Shown one piece after another: positions 1-8,520 of a stretch of DNA of 44,576 bases. Where the stretch lies: IMG/VR virus record IMGVR_UViG_3300035037_000529, positions 1 to 44,576 of that record. One strand, 5' to 3'. The position numbers and the translations under genes were made by a program. Origin of the DNA: a virus. Lineage: Duplodnaviria > Caudoviricetes. Under the pieces are notes generated by a model that was not told the origin of the DNA, searched no databases, and saw nothing but the letters and a program-made list of their open reading frames with translations. Position 1 is the first letter of the stretch, and every line of letters starts with the position of its first letter.

Positions 1-17
1 TGACCCCTATTCATACA

Positions 18-47
18 GACAGCGTCTGGATGGGGGCAGACGCTGTC
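18..47. repeat. Inverted repeat (11-bp stem, 8-nt loop) in host flank
   Basis: GACAGCGTCTG (18-28) pairs with CAGACGCTGTC (37-47). Confidence 0.6.
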
Positions 48-557
48 GGAAATTCCATATCAGACCATTCCAAAAAGAAAACCCCTATTCATATGAATAG
101 GGGTAATCATCAAGACTGGCTCCCCACTACGGACTCGGAACACTACAGGGGACGTTTCTCTAAGCATAAGGAAATACACATACTTGTGAAGATGTACCGC
201 CGACGCGGCAAGGGCACATCCATCAGTTTGTACGATCCATTGCCTAGTTTACCCCAAAAACCGGCCCCAGTCTACAAAAATATTGTAGCCATTGCAGTTA
301 AGGTTAATGAATACCTTGTTCAAAACCCTCAAAGAACATACACCTCAGCGGGCAACCACTTTGGTGTCACCCGGGCCCGCATATCCCAGCTCATGACCAT
401 CCATGAGAAGCTCCCGGACGACTTCATCGAGATGATGGGGCAGTGTGATAATCAGGCCGTCATCAAACGCTTCTCAGGGAAGACCCTGCTCAAGATAGCT
501 GGATTATCAAAAAAAACCGATAGAGTTTCACATATCAAGAAATTACTAACAGCATAA
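30..557 (+). CDS. HTH-containing ORF; residues 32-175 are the predicted C-terminal part of the integrase in the excised (attP) state
   Basis: HTH-like TYTSAGNHFGVTRARISQLM. The W-L codons at 117-122 are in the same frame and context as the integrase's terminal W-L. The ATG at 30 is in host DNA, so that start is doubtful. Confidence 0.7.
   Translation: MGADAVGNSISDHSKKKTPIHMNRGNHQDWLPTTDSEHYRGRFSKHKEIHILVKMYRRRGKGTSISLYDPLPSLPQKPAPVYKNIVAIAVKVNEYLVQNPQRTYTSAGNHFGVTRARISQLMTIHEKLPDDFIEMMGQCDNQAVIKRFSGKTLLKIAGLSKKTDRVSHIKKLLTA
72..104 (-). terminator. Rho-independent terminator, probably the original tRNA-Asn terminator displaced by integration
   Basis: Perfect 24-bp palindrome ACCCCTATTCATATGAATAGGGGT (81-104) followed on the minus strand by TTTCTTTTT. 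It lies 12 nt beyond the att core copy of the tRNA 3' end. Confidence 0.75.
117..137. other. Left attachment site (core TGGCTCC plus GGACTCG box)
   Basis: TGGCTCC-ccactac-GGACTCG aligns without gaps to TGGCTCC-tcgggta-GGACTCG at 44494-44514. Confidence 0.85.
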
Positions 558-566
558 ACCTCGTAT

Positions 567-1268
567 TTAATCCCAACGAGCTTCGCAAGCCAAATATTCC
601 CTAATAACCATACGAATGTTTATCCCAGCATCAATAGATGTAAGATATCGATATCGCTCTGGTTGAACCCTTATCCATATGGCTAATCCAGGCTCATTCA
701 CAACTAGACGTTGTGAGCTGCGACTTCCGACCTCTGGGAATATAGAAGATATCGGCTCGGCTTCAAAATCCGCTCTCTCATCAGGATTCATCATACAAAG
801 GGGACTATACGATAGATGTGTCGGTTCTTCAAGTTGAGGCTCATTCAATTCATAAGTAGCATGACCGCGGGCTAATTTCAAAAGGATTTTTCTCAAGCGT
901 TGTGATTCTACTGAAAAAATTATTTTGTCAGAAATTTGTTTATGTGCTTCTTTAAAACGTGCAAGTAATGCAGGTTTCTTCTGGAGAATTAATCTAATTT
1001 TTTTCCGGGCAAGGTTATTTTTTTCTACTGTTCCGCAAACCGCACACTCAATAAGACAAGCAATATATTCTTCGTCCAATGAAAAACTTTCATTACACGC
1101 CTTGCAAGCGAAAACAACAGGTAAATTCGAAGGATACGGTTTATCCAGAAAAACCTTCGATGGAACATGATCACGAGTCTCTGTGCTTCGCCCACAATAA
1201 CAACAAAAACCAATCTGCCTTCTGTCACCTAAATTAGAAATCTGATCCATTAATATGCCTTGATTCAA
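567..1268 (-). CDS. HNH endonuclease-like protein
   Basis: CxxC...TRDHVP...ACKACN zinc-binding HNH signature at the N-terminus. Confidence 0.8.
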   Translation of the reverse strand: MNQGILMDQISNLGDRRQIGFCCYCGRSTETRDHVPSKVFLDKPYPSNLPVVFACKACNESFSLDEEYIACLIECAVCGTVEKNNLARKKIRLILQKKPALLARFKEAHKQISDKIIFSVESQRLRKILLKLARGHATYELNEPQLEEPTHLSYSPLCMMNPDERADFEAEPISSIFPEVGSRSSQRLVVNEPGLAIWIRVQPERYRYLTSIDAGINIRMVIREYLACEARWD

Positions 1269-1498
1269 TTATCGCACTCAGTCATCTCATTCCGAGTAGA
1301 TACTTTGCCAAGGATTTCATCTTGAGTGGGTTCTCGTCCAAGAATCCCATTCAGCATTTTGACATAAGATGTTGTGATCAGACTATTCCGATGTTCGCTC
1401 TCAAACAAGGACAGCTTTTTCCTTGTCCTGTATTTGATAGAGATCCTTGGCGGATTACCAAAGCGCTTTCTGAAGTTATCTGACAACCTTTTACCCAT
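1265..1498 (-). CDS. Small hypothetical protein, paralog of 42323-42559
   Basis: 77 aa. Overlaps both neighbours at start/stop. Shares MGxR...NFxxRF and GILxREPTxDExxG with the 78-aa ORF at the other prophage end. Confidence 0.7.
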   Translation of the reverse strand: MGKRLSDNFRKRFGNPPRISIKYRTRKKLSLFESEHRNSLITTSYVKMLNGILGREPTQDEILGKVSTRNEMTECDN

Positions 1499-2850
1499 TA
1501 AAATTCACTTTTCCCCGGCCTTGAAATATGCGCAGAGAACCAATGTTGTATATCCACAAGATATTCTTTTCTAGCCCGAAACACAGGCGCGATGTTCTCG
1601 AATACGGAAAAATCCAGCGTCAGCAAATGATGAGAATTAAACGCCAGACAATAATTTTTGTTTTTGTAAGACATTAAAAGCGGACTGGAAATAAAATGAG
1701 TATTCTGTTTTAACTGCTTTTCATATTCCTGTGGCCATAAAACGCCTGATACCATTTTAGCACATTTCCATTTATTCTGAACAAAGTCACACTCCGGAGT
1801 TATTTCCATAAAAACCGGCACAACATCTTTCAGAAGCTCTTTTTTCTTGCCATAGGTCTTCATATCGCCATTAAAAAAGGCCGCAGCCAGTGTGTTTTTC
1901 GTAAGTCTGGGTTTATTAATATAGCAGGTCTTTTTTGTGCATTTAAGTCTTTTATAAATCTCTTCGGCCAAATATATGTTACCGGGCTTAAGAGAGACAT
2001 CCACGTCAACGCAATTAAAAAGAAAGGCGGTATTCAAAAGCGCCCGTTCTTCCGGACTGTGTTGTTTGGACAAGTGACCAAATATCCTGGATGTGAGTTT
2101 TGTAAATTTACCTGAGTCAGCCCACACTCTCTTCTCAAGACAATCATGGAAAGGATAAGTTAAAGCAACTTGTGCCGCAATCAGCATTCTTTTGTCTTTT
2201 CTGATATTTTTCTTGCCCATAACCATCTCGGCAATTTTACAAAAATGCTTTTCCAGCTCCGTATTCCACTTGGAAGAATAATCATCAAAAGCCTGATCCT
2301 TATCGATTTCGGGCCTGGAGATATTCGTCAACAGCTTAACAACATCCCTGAAGGCGGTACGGGCATTGCTTTCCCAATGAAATAATATCTCCAGGATGTT
2401 CTTATCACTAAAAACCGCTTTCAGACGTTTATTAATTGACCTGAGGTTATTCATGCATTCATTCTTTTCCAGATCAATTATGAATACAGGCTTGGGGAAA
2501 TCTTTATCATTCATAATAGCTTCTTTAAAAGAGCCGAACAAATCCTCCTGAGGTTGATTATGTTTTGTCCAGGCAAAGATAATGTAAGGGCCATTGTCTT
2601 TGGCAATGACACCTTTTACCGCTCCCATTAGTGTAGAAATCTTGTTTTTATTATTTTGTCCATCGGTGCCGAGAACAAAATCCAGAAAGAGAAATCTTAC
2701 TCCGGCAATTGGTTTGTCAGGCAATTCTTTATGATTTGTCCCCCTGAAATAACATAGCCCGATTCCTCTCTTATTAAGAAGGTTTAAAAGAGGTTCTACT
2801 TCGTTTTTCATATCGTCGATAACTACAACTTCTGTCGTCCTGTTAATCAT
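1498..2850 (-). CDS. Response-regulator receiver-like domain protein with uncharacterised C-terminal effector region
   Basis: VVVIDD acidic pocket, LFLDFVL putative phosphoacceptor Asp, FAWT. C-terminal EITPECDF motif. Directly downstream of a kinase-like gene. Confidence 0.7.
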   Translation of the reverse strand: MINRTTEVVVIDDMKNEVEPLLNLLNKRGIGLCYFRGTNHKELPDKPIAGVRFLFLDFVLGTDGQNNKNKISTLMGAVKGVIAKDNGPYIIFAWTKHNQPQEDLFGSFKEAIMNDKDFPKPVFIIDLEKNECMNNLRSINKRLKAVFSDKNILEILFHWESNARTAFRDVVKLLTNISRPEIDKDQAFDDYSSKWNTELEKHFCKIAEMVMGKKNIRKDKRMLIAAQVALTYPFHDCLEKRVWADSGKFTKLTSRIFGHLSKQHSPEERALLNTAFLFNCVDVDVSLKPGNIYLAEEIYKRLKCTKKTCYINKPRLTKNTLAAAFFNGDMKTYGKKKELLKDVVPVFMEITPECDFVQNKWKCAKMVSGVLWPQEYEKQLKQNTHFISSPLLMSYKNKNYCLAFNSHHLLTLDFSVFENIAPVFRARKEYLVDIQHWFSAHISRPGKSEF

Positions 2851-4930
2851 TTTTCTCTCCCGGGAATATTAAGGCAAAAGCCGCTCCGTCGATACCCTTT
2901 GGTAATTTCACATCACCTTTTTCAATAATTTTCAGGAATCCTTTGTGCGCTTTCATAATTTCATCAGTAATATGCAGACCAAGCCCCATGCCATCGGGTT
3001 TGCGTGTAAAAAAGGGTTGAGTGATATCCTCAAGCAAATCAACAACACCGGGGCCATTATCGGCTATTACAATAGCAGGTCCCTCCGGCAGATCCTCTGA
3101 GGGAGTGATATATATCATTTTCTGGTTTGGATTTTTATTAGCTAGCCAGTAAAGCGAGTTATCAATTATGTTCATTATTGCGCCAAGTATGAGACGCTTT
3201 GAACATTTAACAGTGAAATCATTCTGCCTGTCAGTGCCATCAAAAACCTTTACATTATGTACATTTAACCTGTAATTTACATTAAATAAAGCCTGCCTTA
3301 TGAGATCGCCTGCCTTAAGTTTTGAATTTCCCCCTTTCCTGACCAAAGCCGCATATCCTTCGACAAGTTCAGCAAGACGTTTTGCAAGATTCTTTATTTT
3401 GGCAGGAGCCTTTTTCTTCTGTATAGTAAGCATAAGTTCCTTTATTATTTTTTCAATTTCGTGGATCACTATTGAAAGACTCAAACCAGCTCCCGCAGAA
3501 GAAAGCAGTTTTTCGCGCACATCTATATAATCGTTTTCAATTCTGTCAATATATCCACCCAGTTCTTTTGTCAGTTTGTGTTTTTCCACTTTTGTCCGTA
3601 AATCAGCTATGGCATCAACAACGGGTTCTTTGTAACTCGTTTTCGTATAGGCTATACGAAGTCGTTTTTTATCTTTATTCCTTTCTGCCTCTATGTGTGT
3701 AAGCGCACACAGGATGGCTTCACGAAACTCTTGTACCGCTTTATTTTCCACAAAACCTTCACGATTAGTTTTCTCAATAAGATCCGTACTGTCATCTCTG
3801 CTTAATGAAACAGCGCCAATCATAAGATTGTTACTGATTTTCTGAGTGGGAACATTCACCCTGCGAACACCAAGATCAAGCCAGTCATTTCCTGGTTCAC
3901 CATAATCATAAACTCTCACGCCATCGCGATAAACTCTCAATCCGCCATTAAATTTAAGAAAATCCTTCAGTCCTTTTTTGTCATTTATACCAAGCGCAAG
4001 AAGATTGGTGTCCAAATCGTAGATATATAAATCTATATGTATTCTACCAATGTTGTATTTTTCCAAGCAAATACGTTCTTTGTTCCCATCTGTTAATTTT
4101 ATTTTCTCGTCAGTCCTGCCCGGTATTTTCACTTTTCTGCCAGTAACTTTTGTCATTGTTTTCCATGGAATAAACTCATACACATACGACAACTCATCAT
4201 TATCTATAGTACAGGTAGCTTTATATAGCTTTGCGCCTATCGCTTCCTTCCAGCTCATAAGCCCTTCAATCCAATCCTGTTTATCTTTATCCTCCATGTT
4301 AAAAATCGTACGAAATGAACTGGGAGATTTGAAAGGAGAACATATAGAATTTAATGAGCGATAAATACTCCTTACCATACCCCTTGTCCATGCATTCCAT
4401 AACCCGCTTATTTTTATATATGTTCCGGATTTACTTCCCGTAAACATTGCAGGCGCACGTTCCTTAATGGTAACTGGTACGTCCTGAAGGTACTTTTCTT
4501 TCTCAAAATCAGACCAGTTAATCTCAACTACGATTTCCTGTTGATTTTTCCCTCTCGTTATAAGGAGAATCTTCTTGCCAAGTTTATGAGCACCAAATCT
4601 ACCAATACCTTTTTGCCCCATAGGCGTCCTGTGAAATTTTGGGGTTTTCTGACCTTTACGTACCTGCTCATCCCGGTAATCTGTTCCCGGTTCCAGCCAT
4701 ACATTCTTTATTGTATCCCAGTCCATTCCGCATCCGTTATCGGATACAATAATCTCACCCTTATCAGTATCCTCGATATTTCTCAGATCAACCACAACTT
4801 CTGTGGCGTCGGCGTCATAAGAGTTTTTTACGAGTTCAAATAATGCGATGCCTTCTTCTTTTATAAGCTGGTTTCCGAGTTCCAGCAGTAATCGTGCTCT
4901 TGGTTTAAAAGGGGCTGATATTTTTCTCAC
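2843..4930 (-). CDS. MORC/MutL-like GHKL ATPase fused to a histidine-kinase module
   Basis: N-terminal ELVKNSYDA, SDNGCGM, GQKGIGRFG. C-terminal H-box (IVIHEIEK), N-box (NIIDNS), DNGPG and FFTRKPDGMGLGL. Confidence 0.85.
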   Translation of the reverse strand: MRKISAPFKPRARLLLELGNQLIKEEGIALFELVKNSYDADATEVVVDLRNIEDTDKGEIIVSDNGCGMDWDTIKNVWLEPGTDYRDEQVRKGQKTPKFHRTPMGQKGIGRFGAHKLGKKILLITRGKNQQEIVVEINWSDFEKEKYLQDVPVTIKERAPAMFTGSKSGTYIKISGLWNAWTRGMVRSIYRSLNSICSPFKSPSSFRTIFNMEDKDKQDWIEGLMSWKEAIGAKLYKATCTIDNDELSYVYEFIPWKTMTKVTGRKVKIPGRTDEKIKLTDGNKERICLEKYNIGRIHIDLYIYDLDTNLLALGINDKKGLKDFLKFNGGLRVYRDGVRVYDYGEPGNDWLDLGVRRVNVPTQKISNNLMIGAVSLSRDDSTDLIEKTNREGFVENKAVQEFREAILCALTHIEAERNKDKKRLRIAYTKTSYKEPVVDAIADLRTKVEKHKLTKELGGYIDRIENDYIDVREKLLSSAGAGLSLSIVIHEIEKIIKELMLTIQKKKAPAKIKNLAKRLAELVEGYAALVRKGGNSKLKAGDLIRQALFNVNYRLNVHNVKVFDGTDRQNDFTVKCSKRLILGAIMNIIDNSLYWLANKNPNQKMIYITPSEDLPEGPAIVIADNGPGVVDLLEDITQPFFTRKPDGMGLGLHITDEIMKAHKGFLKIIEKGDVKLPKGIDGAAFALIFPGEKND

Positions 4931-6249
4931 TTTGTACCTCCGAATATTTTATGTACAGCAATTCCAACATGTCGTGCCATTAACGGCGGAACGGCATTCC
5001 CGATCTGTCTGAATTTTTTACTGAAAGGCCCTTTAAAAACGAAATCATCCGGAAAAGACTGGATCCTTGCCGCTTCCCTCGGAGTAATTGTTCTTTTCTG
5101 GACAGGATGAATAAATCTGTTGCCGTCTTTCTCCAGATGGGCAAACACGGTTGTACATGGCGCAGTTCGTTTTTGCTTTCTGTATTTATCCTCAAACGTA
5201 TCCATCTTATATTTAATCAGCTTTTTTGCAAGTTCAGGCTCTCTGGAAATAAACCCTTTGGCTGTTTCGCCTTCTTTCATCCTGCTAAAAAGCTCCAGAT
5301 CGGTTACCTGCTGGCTTCTGGCAACATGGTCGTTAATGAAAGGATAACCATTTGATCTTACAAAGCTGAAATAATTAACTCCTGATTCTGATATTTTCCT
5401 GAGATGCTGTTTAAAAAGACCTTCTATGAATTGTATCTTTTCTTCACCACAGTTAACCCTCTGATTTTTCTTTCTTTGTTTTTCTGTTTCTTCCTCAGAT
5501 AACCCTGTAAAAGTTGCACGGGCATAAACACGCGGCAAATCTCCAATTGATTCCCAGAGAGTGACAAATGGTAACAATTCTTCTGATTTTTTATTATTTG
5601 AAAGTGGAGAGTAATGGGTCGGTTTAATTAACGGAACTGACAGCTTTTTCCAGTGCTTCTTGATCCCTATAATTATTACACGCTCACGTATCTGAGGAAC
5701 TCCAAATTCTACGGCATTAAGCACCGCATATTTATTTCCTGTTTCTTCATTAATAAAGCTATAACCAAGTTTTTCAAAGTCAGTAAGTAATTTATCAATT
5801 ACTTTTTTGCCACTTGCATCTTTTTTTGAAAGAATACCCTTCACATTTTCAATAATAACCACTTTGGGGTTTATTTGTTTAACTATCTGTCTGAATTCCT
5901 TATAAAGGTCGTCTCGCTTATCCTGCTTAAATCTGCTGTCATTCTTCCCATAACCAGAGCGGGGACCAATAAGCGAAAAACTCTGGCAGGGAATACCGCC
6001 TGCAATAACATCAACTTTTCCGTTACAGTCATCAACAACTTTTTTATGAATTTTTCTGTCGGTAAGATCACCTTCGATGACTTTATCCTCACCGAAGTTT
6101 TCACGCAGAGTATCGCAGGCATACTTATCCATTTCAACAGCCCTGTGCAACTCAAAGACAGGTCTGCCAGATTTATCTTTCACAGATTCAAGCCCCAGGG
6201 CAAGACCCCCGGCTCCTGCAAACAAATCAAGCACTTTTATAGTCATCAT
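4927..6249 (-). CDS. dcm: DNA (cytosine-5)-methyltransferase
   Basis: DLFAGAGG (motif I), GGIPCQSFS (IV), ENVKG (VI), PQIRER (VIII), R..TPREAARIQSFPD, QIGNAVPP (X). Confidence 0.95.
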   Translation of the reverse strand: MMTIKVLDLFAGAGGLALGLESVKDKSGRPVFELHRAVEMDKYACDTLRENFGEDKVIEGDLTDRKIHKKVVDDCNGKVDVIAGGIPCQSFSLIGPRSGYGKNDSRFKQDKRDDLYKEFRQIVKQINPKVVIIENVKGILSKKDASGKKVIDKLLTDFEKLGYSFINEETGNKYAVLNAVEFGVPQIRERVIIIGIKKHWKKLSVPLIKPTHYSPLSNNKKSEELLPFVTLWESIGDLPRVYARATFTGLSEEETEKQRKKNQRVNCGEEKIQFIEGLFKQHLRKISESGVNYFSFVRSNGYPFINDHVARSQQVTDLELFSRMKEGETAKGFISREPELAKKLIKYKMDTFEDKYRKQKRTAPCTTVFAHLEKDGNRFIHPVQKRTITPREAARIQSFPDDFVFKGPFSKKFRQIGNAVPPLMARHVGIAVHKIFGGTK

Positions 6250-6665
6250 TTACTCCGCATCATCCGGACCTCGTGCAGTATCTTTGCGCAACACTTGTCC
6301 GGTTTTTTTCTTATATCATGCTCCCAGAAACGCATAACTTTCCAGCCCGATTTCTTCAGGACAGAATTAATTTCCCTGTCTCTTTTAACATTGCTGTTAA
6401 TCTTATCCTGCCAGAATTTTTTATTTGTAGCCGGTTTCTGAAAACATTCCGGGCATTTATGCCAGAAACAGCCATCAACAAATACGACAATTTTCTGCCC
6501 TGGGAAAACAATGTCAGGCTTACCTTTAAGCCTGTAATTAATCCTGTATCCACGGGCACCTTCAGCATATAATAATTTCCTTAAAAGAATCTCGGGTTTT
6601 GTATCCCGGCATTTTATCCTGGACATATTGTAACTTCTTTGTTTCTTCGTATGAACGTCTGCCAT
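6246..6665 (-). CDS. vsr: Very-short-patch repair endonuclease
   Basis: RSYNMSRIK..DTKPE, GKPDIVF, FVDGCFWH.CP, WEH. Overlaps the dcm start. Confidence 0.95.
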   Translation of the reverse strand: MADVHTKKQRSYNMSRIKCRDTKPEILLRKLLYAEGARGYRINYRLKGKPDIVFPGQKIVVFVDGCFWHKCPECFQKPATNKKFWQDKINSNVKRDREINSVLKKSGWKVMRFWEHDIRKKPDKCCAKILHEVRMMRSK

Positions 6666-6686
6666 TAGAGGAATATCTCTCCAATA

Positions 6687-6851
6687 TTATTTCAGCTCAC
6701 CTTTTTTGAACTTTTTCCCACATTCCGGGCATTCGACTTCATTATCGAAAAACAGACTGCAGGGGACATCGGCCCCGCAGTGCGGGCACTTTACCATATC
6801 CGCTCCCATAGCGAAATCGTATCCCAGAAATTCATCAAATAAATCGTCCAC
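6687..6851 (-). CDS. Small zinc-ribbon protein (54 aa, not in the ORF track)
   Basis: My translation: MDDLFDEFLGYDFAMGADMVKCPHCGADVPCSLFFDNEVECPECGKKFKKGELK. GTG start overlaps the radC TAG. Two CPxC motifs. Confidence 0.75.
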   Translation of the reverse strand: MDDLFDEFLGYDFAMGADMVKCPHCGADVPCSLFFDNEVECPECGKKFKKGELK

Positions 6852-7549
6852 TATAACAACCCCTTTTTATTAAAGCTGAAATAGTCGTTGCCGCCGATGA
6901 TGATATGATCTAACAGGTTAATGTCAACGGTTTTAAGCGCGTCCTTAACAGATTTTGTCACCACACAATCTTCCTTTGATGGCATCAATGTGCCAGCAGG
7001 GTGATTATGCGCGATAATAACACCTACAGCATGATGATACAGAGAGCGTTCGACTATCTTCCTCGGATAAATTGCTGATCTATTAACAGTGCCTGTTTGA
7101 AGCCCTTCAATCGCTATAAGTTGGTTTCTGCTATTCAGAAAAAGAGTCTTAAATTCCTCATCTACACATCCCTTCAAAGATGCCTTCAGGTAGTCAAAAA
7201 CCAGCTCAGGCGATGAAAGTAAATCTTTGCTATGTAAATCTTTTTCCAAATAAAGAACAGCTATGTCCTTCATAAGTTTCAAAAATAAGCTCGTATGCTC
7301 AGAAACCCCGGACACAGATTCCAGATCTTTGCTGTCCGCATCTAAAACACCGTTGATTGTTTTAAACTTGGCCATTAATTCTTTAGCAATCGGTTTTGTG
7401 TCTTTCCGGGCGATAGCATATGAAAGAACTAACTCCAGTATTTCGTAATCCAGCCAGCCTTTTATTCCTGATTTTTTATATTTTTCTTTTATCCTTTGTC
7501 TATGGCCTATATAAGTTGGTCTCTGTGTTTTCACTATGGTAGTTCCCAT
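6851..7549 (-). CDS. radC: RadC-family (HhH + JAB/MPN) protein
   Basis: GHRQRIKEKY, DYEILELVL, HNHPAG...PSKED, LLDHIII. Confidence 0.92.
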   Translation of the reverse strand: MGTTIVKTQRPTYIGHRQRIKEKYKKSGIKGWLDYEILELVLSYAIARKDTKPIAKELMAKFKTINGVLDADSKDLESVSGVSEHTSLFLKLMKDIAVLYLEKDLHSKDLLSSPELVFDYLKASLKGCVDEEFKTLFLNSRNQLIAIEGLQTGTVNRSAIYPRKIVERSLYHHAVGVIIAHNHPAGTLMPSKEDCVVTKSVKDALKTVDINLLDHIIIGGNDYFSFNKKGLL

Positions 7550-7557
7550 ACTTTAAA

Positions 7558-8517
7558 TTACTTTCCAGATTTCTCATTCTCAGCTGCCGGTAATTTACCA
7601 ACGAGCATTCCTTGAAAATCCCGTTTCATAGCTTCCAAAAATTCGAAAAAAGCATCTTTAGTTTTTATTTCAACATCATAATTCTCATGAGCTCGAGTCG
7701 ATATTAACCAATCATCACCTTTCTCATTCAAAACTAACAGCCCATGGACATGAGCTCCATATTTTATTGTCAATCTTTTCACGGCTTTGGCCAGAGTTTC
7801 AGCAGACTTATATGCAGTTCCGTCTAGCGCACATAAAAATGTTCTTGGCGGTGGTGTAGAGTATATGGTTTTTTCTTTGACTATATATTTTTTGGATAGT
7901 GTCCCATGACGACGAAAAATATCCGATAAGTCTTGTTTATCATAGTAATCGCACGAATTCATTTGCAATACATCTTCTACATATGCACCCTCTTTTGAAA
8001 GACATTTTTCCTTTATTTCCGGCCATACATCCTCAATACAACATCCTGATGACAAACTATGCGATACTTCTTCTTTTACCTTATCCTGATCAATTATCGG
8101 ACAGGATACTACCTTTTGGAATGGGACCTTGCTCTCGGGAAATATTTTTCTCAATTGAGCAATCTTTTCTATATCACACTTCAACTTAGCCGTATTCAAT
8201 CGGGCAATGGTCACCTCCACAACCCCATAAACCGAACCACCCATAAAGAGTCCAGAACTGTCTCCCAAAAACATTGGGGCATTCATAAAATCATCAAACA
8301 CGATAATATCATGCTGGCGCGAAATCCGGTCAGTATTTACCACAAAGCCTGACAATAGATTATATCTCTGGGGAAGATGTTTTCTCAATAAACGCTTAAA
8401 AGCGCTTTCTGCCTCTGATCCTTTTACCGCTTTATGCTGTATCGCTAAGCGTATTACATTAATATCCAAAGCTAATTGTTTTTTATGGAGTTCTAATATA
8501 TCCTTTTTTGTAGTCAT
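7558..8517 (-). CDS. DUF6602-like (restriction-endonuclease-fold) protein
   Basis: KGSEAE..FKRLLRKHLP..Y....GFVV....SRQHDIIVFD...VYGVVEVT pattern recalled from this family. The expected E-x-K reads E-V-T here. Confidence 0.6.
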   Translation of the reverse strand: MTTKKDILELHKKQLALDINVIRLAIQHKAVKGSEAESAFKRLLRKHLPQRYNLLSGFVVNTDRISRQHDIIVFDDFMNAPMFLGDSSGLFMGGSVYGVVEVTIARLNTAKLKCDIEKIAQLRKIFPESKVPFQKVVSCPIIDQDKVKEEVSHSLSSGCCIEDVWPEIKEKCLSKEGAYVEDVLQMNSCDYYDKQDLSDIFRRHGTLSKKYIVKEKTIYSTPPPRTFLCALDGTAYKSAETLAKAVKRLTIKYGAHVHGLLVLNEKGDDWLISTRAHENYDVEIKTKDAFFEFLEAMKRDFQGMLVGKLPAAENEKSGK

Positions 8518-8520
8518 GCG

